Of a DNA stretch of 64,000 bases, positions 1 through 64,000 are shown piece by piece. Source of the DNA: Octopus vulgaris. Lineage: Eukaryota. The notes under the pieces were generated by a model. That model searched no databases. It was not told the origin of the DNA and saw only the letters and a program-made list of their open reading frames with translations. Each line of letters starts with the position of its first letter. Within the stretch, counting starts at the first letter, position 1. Location of the stretch: the NCBI GenBank assembly GCA_951406725.2, contig OX597817.1, positions 82,336,001 to 82,400,000 of the forward strand. The letters are read 5' to 3'. Made by a program: the position numbers and the translations under genes.

Positions 1-505
1 ATGGCTTCATATCACATGATTAATATTTTTAAAGCTTTTATTAATGCATTGCTTATTTTTCTTTTATATTTTCTGAAAGTAAGATGATTCAATATTAAAG
101 ATGTAAAGGAGAGAGGGGTGTGTTTCTATTCAGCAAACAAAATACTATTGTCTTACATTGTATAATGATTTGAGCATATAATCTGACTTAGTGTATGCAC
201 AGCAACTTTTTTGTTTCCATAATAATATGATCATACAGAAGTAAATACAACAAAAAAGCAATACCTCTCAACTTCTTCTTCTTCATCTTTTTCTTCTTCT
301 TCTTCCATTCTGAAATTCCGCCTTCATTGACCTTGTTTAAATAGGAGCAGTAGAGCTTTCAATCCTCGCCGGAAACAGGTTAACTTCTATCAATACCTGA
401 TGAGGTGCTTGGTGGTGTTGAGGCCTAAGGCAGTCATTGCCGAGAGAAACTATAATTACAGGCGTTTCCGCCATGAGCATACTATTTCTTTATCTGGCTT
501 ACCTG

Positions 506-572
<67 letters not shown>

Positions 573-628
573 CACAGACATATACACACACAGACACACT
601 CTCACACACACGCGCGTGTACATGTTTG

Positions 629-670
<42 letters not shown>

Positions 671-713
671 TAAGAAAAAAGGTTTGAAAATGCAATTTAA
701 ACGATGTTTATTT

Positions 714-754
714 ACTTAACCGGTTTCACTCTTTGGTAAAAGATTGTCAAAAGT
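714..754 (-). ncRNA. Minimal type-I hammerhead ribozyme motif, U3-A8 variant
   Basis: Minus strand: actt UUGACAA u-cuuuu-acca-aagag-u GAAA ccgg UU aagu; stem I actt/aagt, 5-bp stem II, palindromic stem III. Confidence 0.6.
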
Positions 755-767
755 TACATTTAAGGAA

Positions 768-996
768 ACATTGAATAATATGGGTTCAAAAAAGTTTTTT
801 ACATAATTGTCACATTGAATATTATGCATTCAAAAAAGTTTTTTACATAATTGTCACATTGGATATTATGGGTTCAAAAAAAGTTTTTTACATAATTGTC
901 ACATTGAATATTATGCATTCAAAAAAGTTTTTTACATAATTGTCACATTGGATATTATGAATTCAAAAATGTTTTTTTATACATAATTGTCACATT
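768..996. repeat. 44-bp minisatellite, ~5 units
   Basis: Unit aaaaaagttttttacataattgtcacattgRatattatg(cat/ggt)tc repeated in tandem. Confidence 0.9.
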
Positions 997-1359
997 ATTT
1001 GGGAAAATTTGGCAGAAAAGGATAAAACAAATATATTATTGGGAATTGGTTGCGTTAATTATTGGTTGTCGCAAATTGTCACATTACATGTATATATATA
1101 CAATCTTTGGTATATATATATATACAGCGTTTTGACAGCAAAAATTAAAATGGATTTTTTGTACATCTCAGAATATTTTAAGTATGTTTTTACTGACCTG
1201 TCAGTATTAGCAGAAAGGCTGAACTGAGAGAACAGAAGAAGTAGCCAATGTGGTGTATACTTCCCCTTTATGCATGAATGATTTTGGGGTTATCAGGAGG
1301 TTAGTATGCGGGTGTGAATAGATGTGTCCGTGCCTGCTGGTCAGACAGCGTCTGTTTGT

Positions 1360-1578
1360 CACACACATATATATACACACAAACACACACACACACAACA
1401 ACACACACACACACACACATAGTATACAAACACACACCACATACAAACAACACACACACACACAGAACACACACACCCACACACAACGCACCCACATATA
1501 TCACATATACACACAGCACACAAATATAACATGTATCTATATATAACATACACAGATATATAACACACATACACACAC

Positions 1579-1617
<39 letters not shown>

Positions 1618-2423
1618 CACACGCACACATACATACATAATATAAATATCACACAAATACACCTAGCATATATATACACACATACAATACACACATACAG
1701 CATGTAAGTAATATACATACACAATATATGCATGCAATATACATACGCAATACATACATATAATATATATATATATAGACAATGCATATACATATATACA
1801 CATATACATATAAATAGTGTTTACATACACATACATAGATGTACCACATATACACACAACACACATACATACAATGCATACACATACACGTACGCATACA
1901 TATAATATATATATACACACACACACACATAACATACATACACACACAATGCATACATATATATACACGCAATGCATATACATGTATTCATGCACATATA
2001 TCACACCTACAATATACATATATACAGTGTACACATACACACAAATATATACACTTAATTGTACACGTACATATACAATACACATACATACAATATACAT
2101 ATACACAATGCGCATGCAAATAATGTACATGTTTATACACACATAAACATGCAAATAAATATACACACACACACATACACACACACACATATATATACAC
2201 ATATATATATATATATATACACACATACATACATACATACATGCACATACATATATTTTTTCACACACATACACACACATATATATATATAAAAAATTCA
2301 CCACCCCCCACACACACAAATTACAAACCTATAGCGTACACACTCAAATATATCTCTACATGCCGCACATACACACAAACAAAGTACTAACATATACACA
2401 CATACCATGCATATACACACACA

Positions 2424-2466
<43 letters not shown>

Positions 2467-2639
2467 CAGATACATATGTAAATACATACACACGTACACA
2501 ATGCTCACACACACACACACACACACATACACACACACCCGCACACAGTGCACACACACACACACATATATACACACGTGCACACACACACACACATACA
2601 ACGCGCGCACACACACATATACACACACACGCACACAGT

Positions 2640-2677
<38 letters not shown>

Positions 2678-2710
2678 CACTCACACACATACATCACCTA
2701 CATATATATA
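1360..2710. repeat. Long degenerate (CA)/(TA)/(CATA) compound microsatellite
   Basis: Low-complexity tract; source of many spurious ORFs. Confidence 0.9.
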
Positions 2711-3046
2711 ATGCATGCGTGTGCATGCCACGTATGTGTGCGGTCAATGCCCGCTAGTGTGTCCTATGCGTGCCGATGCGCGCATGTGCCCGCCCGCACG
2801 ATATGCTGTGAGCGTGCGCGCGTCCCTGTGTGCTTGCTCTGGATGTGCTTCCAGGGGGTATGTTAGAGTATGTTTAGTTGTGGTCTGTATTTTTGAATAA
2901 GATTACTTTCCTTATTTATTCGTGTTTGGTCTGTGGTGTTGTCCGAGCATTGGTATAGTGGGAAGACTAAGAATTTGGGGGACTTATTGTGTGCACAAAG
3001 GTCTAAGTGTCAACTTAGTGGTATCTGTCTTAACTCAACTTTTTTA

Positions 3047-3127
<81 letters not shown>

Positions 3128-4371
3128 ATGAATATACAGAATTCAAGTAGTAGGGACTTTTATGAGCCAGACCATTAGCTCAGTACCACTCCTGCATGTA
3201 TATGGCTAACGGCGTACTTCGAATGACAACCAACGATACTCACAATCTATTAATCAAATAATGTAATAGTAACCACCAAGAATTCAAAGCTTATACACCA
3301 TCTTCAACAAAAGAGCCATCACATGCATGCATATATATATATATATATATCTTAATAATACTAAAACTATAAATGTTGTTAGCTCCCGAAATATTTCACA
3401 AATAGTACATTTTATCTCAATTTCTTTTACATATATATTTTCATACTTACTTTATGCAATGTAGTTTGAGGTTTCATGATATTTGGACCTCTATTTATTA
3501 ATGATAACGATTAAACACCTGCTTTGTTATTTCTTGACGAAAAAATATGGCTTCCGTGACGTCAGCAAACTCACATAGAGAATACACACACATATAATGA
3601 AAATCATGGCGTGTGAGTCAACTCAAACGCAAGTACGCTATCTGCGACAGATACACACAGACATAATCTTCGCGCTCACTCTCTATCACTCTATAAGAAG
3701 AAAAAGAACGCCGACTTTCTGATGTACTCACACACTGACATAGAGAAAAATCTTTTTTGTGTAGATTACTTATAGTTTCATCATTTCAGATTCTATTCTA
3801 TTTCATTCATTTGACATTTGTAATTTCTTTGTTACTTTGATTTAATTTTCTTATCATAACATTACGTACAAAATTAAGCAATGATCAATTGGTTAGCTCC
3901 AGTTAAATAAGTCCAGAAATTAAGTTAAATATATATACATGCATAAGTACCATAAATTCCCATTCTACAAACTGGAAAAAATTCCGCTGAGTAGTAATCT
4001 AGTATATATGTATATTCACGCATACATACATAAAACAAAATACATGCATACATACATACATACATACATGCATGCATGCATACATGCATGCATACATACA
4101 TACATACTTACATGCATACATACACACATACATACATATATGGTGTGTGTGCGTGTTTGTGTAAAGTTAACTAGATATAAGCATTTCCTATTTAAAAACG
4201 ATAGGGATTAAGTCGAAGGGAATACAATCGCGTATCTATTTGCAGTAGGTAGAGAGGATGGATAGTGACACTAAACGCATCGGTTTCTTTTATAGACACA
4301 TTTCAAATATCAAACAGAAACATAATTTAAATTTAAAAAAAATAATTGAGAGTAAAATTTGTTTTTACCAG

Positions 4372-56876
<52,505 letters not shown>

Positions 56877-57226
56877 GTAAGTTTATCACGTATTTATGAT
56901 TTTCTATTTTTAATTAAAATTTCTAAATAAATATTTTTGAGTATGAGTTTGAAATGAATTTAATAATTCAGTTTATTTTATTAATGATTACTTTGGCAGT
57001 TGAACGATACAAAGAAAATTAGTATGGCTTCTGTGCAAATTCGCGAAGCGTTCTATGTTTTTTTTTCTCTCTGGGTGCAGGCAAGGCTGCGTGTATAGAA
57101 GCTCATTTCGCTACCATATGCTTTCGGGCTTATTCCTACTGAGCGGCACCTTGAACAAGTGTTTTCTACTATAGTCCCAGGCAAACCAAAGATTAGTGAG
57201 TGAATATGGTTGACGGAAACCACTGC

Positions 57227-57261
<35 letters not shown>

Positions 57262-57268
57262 TGTGTGT

Positions 57269-57312
<44 letters not shown>

Positions 57313-58499
57313 TTGTATGTATTTGCTTGACATCCCACCGTCGCTTAAGAACCAATGTAGTTTTTATTGCGTTCTCGTAACTTAGCAGTTCAGTAAACAG
57401 TGTTGTGACATTAAGTACCAAACTTTAAAAAAAGTAAAGGTATTAATTTGGTATTAAAATGGTATAAATTCCACTAACCTCAGCGTGGCTCAGTTTCAGC
57501 AAATTAAAAGAATAAAGGAATTAAGGAATAGTTGTCAATGTCCTTATTGAATAATTCGTCGACAGTTTATAACATTTGAATATTTATTAATGCTCTTAAA
57601 TAATTTATTTTCTAATAAACAACTGCATTTATTTAATTAATACATTCTAAAATAATATTTATTATTTTCTCGAAATCTTGATAGCACGTTTAATCAAAAG
57701 GTTTGTTGAAATTTATTGAGAGGATTAAAAAAAGATATAACTACTACTTTTTAATTAAATATCTGAAATTGCTTAACATTCTAGCGGAATTCATAAATTT
57801 TTGTATCTCTGCCAAAAATATAGGAAATCGGGTTAGTCGCTGTTTTTGAAAGTGTTGATAGAATGAAACAACAGAAATATTGGTTTCAAATTTTGGCACA
57901 ATGCCAAAAATCTTTATGGTGTAAGTCAATTACATTGACCCCAGTACTCAGCTGGTACTCTTTTTATCGAGCACGGGAGGATGAAAGGCAAAGTCGACTT
58001 CGGCAGAATTTGAACGTAAACACGAATAAAATGCCGCTAAGCAGGAGCGGTTGGCTGCCAGATTAAATGACAGGTGATATTTCGAGTCAGAATGTAGTCT
58101 TATTGTGTTGAAGCTATTTGTTAGAAATACCAACACAATTTCATTAAATCGTACTATTTCAGTCTAAATTGAAATAAATTTGAACGCTGACCTCGTGGTG
58201 GGGGTGGTGGTGGTGGTGTGTGTGTGTGTATGTGACAAAAACAACAAAAGTACACCATCAACAGCTTACATTTTATTTTTCCTTTCACTGTTGGCAAAAA
58301 ACACCTCAGTACTAATCTATTCATTTGTAAACAAAATTTGAGAGCATAATTCATAGAATAGTATCGAACAATAAGAATAGCTACGAGATATGTTTTGAAA
58401 AAGCCGACTATATTGTTTAAAATGGGTTTTTGTGCAAATAATTTATTTCTGCATCTCATAAAGCAAATTGTAGATATAATAATAATAGTCATAATAATG

Positions 58500-58800
58500 T
58501 GAAGGTGCAATTGCCCAGTGGTTAGTGCAGCGGATACGCGGTTGTAGGATCGTGAATTCGATTCCCAGACCGGGCGTTGTGAGTGTTTATTGAGCGAAAA
58601 CACCTAAAAGCTCCACGGGGCTCCGGCATGGGGTGGTGGAGATCCCTGCTGTACTCTTTCGCCACAAATTTCTCTCACCCATTCTTCTGTTGGCCTGATC
58701 GCTTAGCCAGTGAGGTGGCGTCATTTGAAGGCTAAAACAATGCGAAGCGCATTGTGACCAGCAATGTGTAGTAACATCTGAAAGCCTGGTCGGTCACGTC
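58500..58800 (+). mobile_element. tRNA-derived SINE family 3
   Basis: Collinear with the reverse complement of 37282-37580. Confidence 0.8.
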
Positions 58801-59198
58801 GGTGGTAGTCATAATAATAATGATTTCAAAGTTTTGTCACAAGAGGAGCTTCGGGGAGGGGGGATTAAGTCGATTACATCGATCCCAGTGCATAACTGGT
58901 ACTTATTTAATCGACTCCGAAAGGATGAAAGGCAAAGTCGACCTTGACAGAATTTAAACTCAAAACGTAATGACAGGCGAAATACCTATTTCTTTACTAC
59001 CCACAAGGGGTTAAACACAGACAGGAGAAACAAGGCCAGACAAACGGATTAAGTCGATTATATCGACCACAGTGCGTAACTGGCACTTATTTAATCGACC
59101 CTGAAAGGATGAAAGGCATTGAACTCAGAACGTAGCGGCAGACGAAATACCGCTAAGCATATCGCCCGGCGCGTTAAAGATTCTGCCAGCTTGCCGCC

Positions 59199-59247
<49 letters not shown>

Positions 59248-59410
59248 TGGTTTCAAATTTTTCCACAACGGCAGCCATTTTGGGGAAGAGATGTGTTGAT
59301 TACATCGACCCCAGTGTTCAACTGGTACTTAATTTATCGACCCCGAAAGGTTGACCTCAGAAACATTTTGCCCAGCTTGCTAAAGATTCTGCCAGCTCGC
59401 CGCCTTAATA

Positions 59411-59520
59411 ATCTATACTATAATTGCGCTATTTACGTCTGTGCGTGTGTCTGTGTCAAAAGTTTGTTACCAAACTCCTCCGCAACCACTGGACCCATTT
59501 CGACGAAACTTACAGTATTC
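59411..59520 (+). mobile_element. Helitron/Helentron-like 5' end
   Basis: aTCtatactataa..gtctgtgcgtgtgtctgt..aactcctccgcaaccactggacccatttcgacgaaactt resembles non-autonomous Helitron 5' motifs; no 3' end identified. Confidence 0.5.
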
Positions 59521-60345
59521 CTTTCTAATGTACATTCGGTTGTTAATTCTGTTCTGGTAACTAATTCATTGAATAGTGTTGCCAAAGAATTTTGGAAGCT
59601 GATTCGGTGGAAATCGTTAAACTCGGCTGATATTCCCACTTGCAGCCTTCATCTCGTGCCACTGAATTTCTAGGCAGTGGGCCATATTTGCAGTGTTATT
59701 CAATTTTCTTTTTCTCTTCCAATTATTATCCATTATACTCTTCGATTGTACTACAAGATTTTGTCCCTTGCCCCTCCAGTTCATGTTAGTGTACTGCCCA
59801 GTGTTACATGTTTTTGCAAAATTGGTGTCCCCTTCAAATACTTTGATTTCGTAAAAGAAGCGTTCGCTCTAAAATTCAAAACAGCATCTTATCATGCATA
59901 CCTTTGATAAGTTCTGCTAAAGCCCTTCTTTATTTCCAGGATACTTTGAATATTTTGTATTATATTCCTTGGCTATTAGTTTCCTTTACAGTTTTCACAT
60001 TAGATATCTCTTTTCGTATTTCGTTACGAATATATCTCATCACTTTTTGATACCATATAGAATATTTTCTTAACAGTTTGATAGGTTCGGCAGAGGCGGG
60101 CTTTAATCTCTGGTGATAATTTCATTTTGCCCTCAACATTTCTTCCACTGTTACTGAATGCATCAAATCATTCAGTTTGTTCTAAGGAGAGTTTATTTGC
60201 GTGGACAGAATTTCTTGCAGAGCGCTGTTACTCATGTCTATTCTTATGTGAAGTTGTCTGTTCGTGTGTAGTATGAGCATGACTTCCCTTTAATCCATGT
60301 TTATCGATTTTGTTAGGATGTCTTCTTGTGTTCATCATCATCATC

Positions 60346-60466
<121 letters not shown>

Positions 60467-60600
60467 TTATTATTATTATTTAAGTTCAAGAAAATAACAA
60501 CAGAAGCATAAAATAAATAGACAGAATCAAAATTTGATATAGTCAGAATGCGGATTATGGTGGAATTGATGCTGCTATTGTCGTTTCAGCGATTGACTTT

Positions 60601-60635
<35 letters not shown>

Positions 60636-61374
60636 TTTGATAGTATACATATGTCATAAGCACAAAATTATTCTCCTCGACTCTCTCTGATGTAATCGAA
60701 GAGTTCAGAGTGTACTAGAGTGTACTGTCTGTTTGTGCCTATGTGTATGAGAGAATGTGTGTGAGTGCGTTTATTTATGAATATGTGTAAAAGACATTTG
60801 GAGAAAAATCTACGTGTGCTCAGGATAAATAACGAAAGCGTATAGAGCATAGAGCAAATGTCAGAACTTATCCCAATGCCGATAACATTCATGCGATTTG
60901 AATTATAATCACTAAATAGTATTTGCAGAAAAAGGGGAAAAAGTCAGATTCATTACAAAAATAAATGGCAGCATGTTTTGTTGGTTCCATGAGAATATAG
61001 GTGAAGTTGAAATAAAAACAAAAACAATACAATATAAATATAAGTTAAAATATTCAGAAAGCAAAATGCAGCGTGGATAAATATGACGCTGATGATGAAC
61101 GAGAGTGACGAGGAGGATGTTGATGATGACGATGATGATGATGATGAAAATGTGCCAGAAGCATTATATAGTGTGAGTTGAATTATTGAATCATATTTTT
61201 ATTTAGGGGTTCTTCACACAAGACTCTTATAATTTTACCTACCCCAGCAACTTCAGATCATAGTTTTCAAGAAACTTCACTTCAAGTACCGATAAATGTT
61301 AGCATGTTTAGAGCTACTTCAATGGACCTCCCACAGTACAATAATTACATTTTCATCTATCTTGTAAATCAGTA

Positions 61375-61397
61375 TATATATATATATATTTATATGC

Positions 61398-61457
<60 letters not shown>

Positions 61458-61759
61458 GTATGTATCTATCTGTGTGTATATATATATATATATATATTAT
61501 ATATAAATGCATATTTATATGTATACATGTATACACACATACATGTAATATATATATATATATATATATACGTGTGTATATGCATATGTATTTATATGTA
61601 TGCATGTATACACACATATATATATATATACGTGTGTATATGCATATATATCTATAAGTATATATATATATATGTGTGTGTTTGTGTGTATGTGTGTGTA
61701 GTGTATATATATATATTTATATATATTACATATTTATATATGTTTATATTTATATATAC

Positions 61760-61834
<75 letters not shown>

Positions 61835-62045
61835 ATATATATAAATATAAATATATATATATAATATATATACATATATATATAAATATATGTATGTATA
61901 TATATATGTATACGTATGTATACGTATATATATATATAAATATGTATATATATAAATATGTGTTTATGTATATATATATATATATGTTTATATATATGAA
62001 TATATATATATATATATGCATATATGAATATATATATACTCATAT
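61375..62045. repeat. Degenerate (TA)n tract
   Basis: Direct reading. Confidence 0.95.
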
Positions 62046-62327
62046 AATGAGTGTATTTTTGCGCATGTGTTTTACTTAAACAGATCAATATTCTAGATTT
62101 TCCTGAAGATATCTTATTGACATCAGTTCACAAAGTTGTATAAGTGAGCTGCATTGATCGTTTCTAGGGAGAGCTTTAAAAGTTTCTATATAGAAATAAT
62201 TGAAGTAGTTTTGACAACAAAGTTTTCTCTCTAAGGTAAAAAGGGTTTTAAGAAAGCTAGGAAATTTCTCCTTTCCATATAAACCAATGAAACAAATAAA
62301 ATCTATGCACACGCTTCTGTGTGTGTG

Positions 62328-62364
<37 letters not shown>

Positions 62365-62789
62365 TTATGCACAACTGTAATCGATGTATACAAATTACTT
62401 TAAAAATAACGCCAATGGGGGAAATGGATCAAGAACAGTCGGGTATTATTTCGTTTGAAATTACATGTTACACGTTATGTAATATGTCATACACAGCAGA
62501 GTCAAAAGTTCGTCAAAATACTAACATAAAAGCACACGTTCGAATCCGGAGCAAATTATCTGCGGATCCAAACCGCACAATATGTATGTAGAAGCATTAA
62601 GCATATAACGCCGATTTCCTGTGAGGTCAGTTTTAAGGGACTGGATTTGAATGCAATAAAATAAGGATTGTCATTTATTCCAATTTTCTATTATCATTGA
62701 TTGGGTAAGTCCTTGCACTAAAGAAGATCATCTTCAGTTTATAGCACTCACAACGAGGTCATTCGATAGTCTCCAGTCTCCAGGTCTAA

Positions 62790-64000
62790 TAAACGTCATT
62801 AGTATATAATCGTTCCTTTCTCCCTGTAGATTTTTAATTTCTATGCCTCTATCTCTAAGGAGGAGCTAGATAAAATTAGTACACAAGTTAAGGACATAAT
62901 CTTCCATGCTATAAAGACTTTACTCTTCAGTGAGAACGCAGAGTGAGTCAAGACTACCGATACAGAGGGTGCTTTCGATGTGAGCATGGAGTCATATGAT
63001 GAAGCAGGCATATGCGATCTCATTGGAATATTCATACTCGACACGTAGGGCAAAACTATTCCTGGTGTATATTTGTATATTTCGCCATGCCCTAGCTTTA
63101 ACCACAAATTCCAATGGACCAGCACAAGATCGGTTTAGGAAGGATATTATCCAAATGATGAAAGCTTTCCGTCTTAGCATAGCTACAGACACCAACCTGA
63201 CGGTTGTCAATTTCCTACATGTATCCTCAGATTTAAATAAGAATATTTACAAACCTTATAGGAAGCCCAACGATAGACTTAGTTATATTAATGTAGGTTC
63301 CCGCCATCCCCCCATAGTGTTTAAAAATTTAGTTAAAAATATTAGCAAGAGAATATTTAGTCTCTCCGCCAATAGGAACATTTTTAATAGTGTTGTCCCA
63401 ATATATAATAAAGCTCTAAAAGATAATGGATTTAGCGAGGAAATAACCTACACACCTGTTACCATTCCAGTAATAAAGAAAAAGAAACATAGGAATAGTA
63501 AAACTATCTGGTTCACACCCCCTTACTCCCCCGAAGTGACCTTTAATATAGGTAAATATTTCCTATCACTAATAGATAGGCATTTTTCAATCAATAATAA
63601 TTACAGAAAGCTCTTCAATAGGCATAACCTAAAAATTAGTTTTAGCTCAACTACTAATTTAAAAAATATAATTGTACACAAAAACAAAAACAACAAAATG
63701 AAACTAGCTCTTCATACAGGGATAAAATTTTGTGCCCGCTAAATGGAGTTTGCATGTCTGAGACCATCATCTATGAAGCCACCGTAGACTCTACAACTAC
63801 TAAGAGCACAGTTTCGACGAAGAAATATGTGGACCTTACACAGGGGAATTTCAAGGCCAGGTGCAACAATCACAATCGAGCTTCAGACAATGGGAAAACA
63901 GAAAAAGAACCAAATTATCCAGTTATATGTGGTCCTTAAAAGAAAAAGGTGTCAACTATAATATCCATTTGAAAATCTTAGCCAAGTATAACCCTTACAC
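62790..64000 (+). mobile_element. Penelope-like retroelement, degenerate RT plus GIY-YIG endonuclease; runs off the window
   Basis: Frameshifted translation gives FDVSMESYDEAGICDLIGIFIL, VVNFL, YKPYRKPND..YINVGSRHPP, IWFTPPYS, CPLNGVCMSETIIYEATV..KKYVDLTQGNFKARCNNH. Confidence 0.85.

Noticed and set aside
768-996. CRISPR-like periodic repeat
   Set aside because: Units are contiguous with no unique spacers, context is eukaryotic and there are no cas genes; it is a minisatellite

Overview
AT-rich, microsatellite-saturated animal genomic DNA, most likely an octopus (coleoid cephalopod), judged from the repeat landscape. Almost all ORF-track entries are microsatellite read-through. Reading splice sites by eye recovers the internal part of one large + strand gene: 15 coding exons at 4372-56876, about 2.6 kb or ~864 codons, open at both ends. 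It encodes an extracellular mosaic protein: TSP1 - 3x VWA (intact MIDAS) - 2x ShKT - VWC-like repeats, with five 24-39 nt phase-1 microexons forming the linkers. The introns hold mariner/pogo relics, three tRNA-derived SINE families, RTE and RLE-type LINE fragments, a Helitron-like end and a Penelope-like retroelement. The most striking non-coding signal is a set of short elements inserted in (TA)n tracts that carry minimal type-I hammerhead ribozyme motifs with palindromic stem III. Their catalytic 3-8 base pair co-varies (C-G, U-A, G-C), and two of them are ~280-290 bp foldback hairpins with a hammerhead on each arm. All structures were folded by eye and none has been computationally or experimentally validated.
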